Part shown: one piece after another, positions 1 through 422 of the stretch
Numbering within the stretch: position 1 is the first letter of the stretch
How the letters are laid out: the number at the start of each line of letters is the position of its first letter
Source of the DNA: a phage
DNA length: 422 bases
Reading direction: 5' to 3' (one strand)
Sequence record: BH153118.1
Translations under genes and position numbers: made by a program
Notes under the pieces: model-generated
Database searches by the model: none
What the model was told of the DNA's origin: nothing
What the model saw: the letters and a program-made list of their open reading frames with translations, nothing else

Positions 1-14
1 TCTCCCCGTTCACT

Positions 15-18
15 GGAG
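15..18 (+). promoter_or_regulatory. Shine-Dalgarno-like GGAG for the + strand small CDS
   Basis: GGAG at 15-18, 8 nt upstream of ATG-27; seen directly in the sequence. Confidence 0.5.
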
Positions 19-26
19 ACTTGACA

Positions 27-287
27 ATGAATATTGATGTAAAATTAGAAAGTAAAGATTTGATTTATGCTGCGTGTGTTTCTGCCGTAGATGGCATCAT
101 AGAACGCCGTAAGCGACGCAATTTTGCTGATGACCTAGATTCCATCGTCTCAATCAATTTAGGCCGTCAGACAGGGCATACAGACGCTACAATCAAGTTA
201 TATGACCATTATACGCGAAAAGGCTATAGTGTCTTTATGCTTTCAACGACGCGGGAACATGCCAAAACGATCTCGATCTCGTCATAA
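27..287 (+). CDS. Hypothetical small protein, 86 aa (MNIDVKLESKDLIYAACVSAVDGIIERRKRRNFADDLDSIVSINLGRQTGHTDATIKLYDHYTRKGYSVFMLSTTREHAKTISISS); family not recognised
   Basis: Only ORF in the supplied track (21..287). ATG at 27 is preferred over TTG at 21 because GGAG at 15-18 sits 8 nt upstream of the ATG but only 2 nt from the TTG. Stop is TAA at 285-287. Codon position 1 is G/purine-rich over the first ~60 codons, as expected for real coding sequence. The frame is open back to the window start, so a start upstream of the window cannot be excluded. No transmembrane segment or signal peptide is evident. Net charge is slightly basic, with an RRKRR cluster. Confidence 0.6.
   Translation: MNIDVKLESKDLIYAACVSAVDGIIERRKRRNFADDLDSIVSINLGRQTGHTDATIKLYDHYTRKGYSVFMLSTTREHAKTISISS
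208..235 (-). promoter_or_regulatory. Candidate sigma70-like promoter on the minus strand (antisense to the + CDS)
   Basis: Perfect TATAAT on the minus strand (complement of 208-213). A weak -35-like AAGACA (complement of 230-235) sits at a 16-bp spacing. The predicted transcript would run antisense into the 5' two-thirds of the + CDS. A -10 hexamer alone is common in AT-rich DNA, so this is weak. Confidence 0.15.
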
Positions 288-391
288 CGACCAGACGTAA
301 AACTGATTCGACCGTCTTTGTTTTCTTCCTTAAAATTCAGGACACGCTCTACCGCGTTTTCGTTAAAAGTCCGGCGACCAAAAATTAGCAT
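224..391 (-). CDS. Candidate small ORF, 55 aa (MLIFGRRTFNENAVERVLNFKEENKDGRISFTSGRYDEIEIVLACSRVVESIKTL); hypothetical, overlaps the 3' end of the + CDS
   Basis: Hand translation of the reverse strand: ATG at 391..389, TAG stop at 226..224, in-frame upstream stop TAA at 421..419. AGGAAGG (complement of 401-407) lies 9 nt upstream of the ATG. Codon position 1 is G/purine-enriched, including within the 64-bp overlap with the + CDS. Not in the supplied track, presumably below its length cutoff. It could instead be an antisense shadow of + strand coding sequence. Confidence 0.3.
   Translation of the reverse strand: MLIFGRRTFNENAVERVLNFKEENKDGRISFTSGRYDEIEIVLACSRVVESIKTL
268..281. repeat. Short tandem duplication (CGATCT)x2 + CG, containing two GATC sites
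   Basis: CGATCT at 268-273 and again at 274-279, then CG at 280-281. GATC occurs at 269-272 and 275-278. It encodes ISIS on the + strand and EIEI on the minus strand. Confidence 0.4.
293..328 (+). terminator. Weak candidate intrinsic terminator downstream of the + CDS
   Basis: AGACG (293-297) can pair with CGTCT (313-317), followed directly by a T-rich tract TTTGTTTTCTTC (317-328). The stem is only 5 bp with a 15-nt loop, so predicted stability is low. The same region is coding on the minus strand if the 55-aa ORF is real. Confidence 0.15.
340..361. other. Imperfect inverted repeat / hairpin GGACACGC-TCTACC-GCGTTTTC
   Basis: Pairs 340-347 with 354-361: 6 Watson-Crick pairs, one G-T wobble and one mismatch (343/358), with a 6-nt loop at 348-353. 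Seen directly; function unknown. Confidence 0.25.
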
Positions 392-400
392 TAAATTCGC

Positions 401-407
401 CCTTCCT
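401..407 (-). promoter_or_regulatory. Shine-Dalgarno-like AGGAAGG for the minus-strand candidate ORF
   Basis: The + strand reads CCTTCCT at 401-407, which is AGGAAGG on the minus strand, followed by a 9-nt spacer (GCGAATTTA) and ATG at 391..389. Confidence 0.25.
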
Positions 408-422
408 GTTATGGCGGTTAAT

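Noticed and set aside
21-26. Perfect -35 consensus TTGACA immediately upstream of the ATG
   Set aside because: No acceptable -10 hexamer follows at 16-19 bp spacing (the candidates are ATTAGA, AATTAG and TTAGAA). The best -10-like TAAAAT at 40-45 is only 13 bp away. The hexamer also sits between the Shine-Dalgarno and the start codon, so it is most likely coincidental or part of the TTG alternative start.
162-182. P-loop/Walker A-like or terminase-like motif GRQTGHT in the + protein
   Set aside because: The spacing is G-x3-G, not G-x4-G, and the invariant lysine is replaced by histidine. The protein is far too small to be an NTPase domain. This is probably a chance resemblance.
41-388. Repeated 8-mer AAAATTAG at 41-48 and 381-388
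   Set aside because: A single 8-bp match in AT-rich sequence of this length is expected by chance, and there is no flanking similarity or inverted-repeat structure to suggest element ends.
283-413. Possible integron attC site suggested by CATAAC (283-288) and GTTATG (408-413) as inverted core-like sequences about 130 bp apart
   Set aside because: Comparing 289-339 with the reverse complement of 362-407 shows no extended imperfect palindrome between the two hexamers, and the hexamers fit the RYYYAAC / GTTRRRY cores only partially. A 6-bp inverted repeat at this distance is expected by chance.
363-422. Partial minus-strand reading frame entering from the right edge and stopping at TAA 365..363
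   Set aside because: Only 19 codons are visible, they show no coding-like position-1 bias, and the frame would overlap the minus-strand candidate ORF start. There is not enough evidence to call a gene end.
411-422. In-frame ATG at 411 on the + strand as the start of a downstream gene
   Set aside because: It is preceded by a pyrimidine-rich stretch (CCTTCCTGTT) with no Shine-Dalgarno, and that stretch is better explained as the complement of the minus-strand ribosome-binding site. Only 4 codons lie in the window.
1-422. tRNA, rRNA, CRISPR repeats, transposase terminal inverted repeats, riboswitch motifs
   Set aside because: No cloverleaf-compatible structure, no regularly spaced direct repeats, no long terminal inverted repeats and no recognisable conserved riboswitch core were found on either strand.

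Overview
This 422-bp, moderately AT-rich window holds one well-supported small coding region on the + strand (ATG 27 to TAA 285-287, 86 aa; 88 aa if the track's TTG-21 start is used) with a GGAG Shine-Dalgarno 8 nt upstream. I do not recognise the protein family. Hand translation of the reverse strand shows a second complete small ORF, complement(224..391), 55 aa, with an AGGAAGG Shine-Dalgarno 9 nt upstream. It is absent from the supplied track, presumably because it falls below the length cutoff. It converges on the + ORF and overlaps its 3' end by 64 bp. Both ORFs show coding-like G/purine enrichment at codon position 1, so I cannot tell from sequence alone whether both are real or one is an antisense shadow. 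The rest is short hairpins, a weak terminator-like structure, a 6-bp tandem duplication carrying two GATC sites, and a consensus -10 hexamer on the minus strand inside the + ORF. I see no tRNA, rRNA, CRISPR repeats, transposase ends or integron attC structure. Nothing here can be named as a known system. The convergent overlapping small-gene pair is the only candidate for something unusual, and that is inference, not a demonstrated function.
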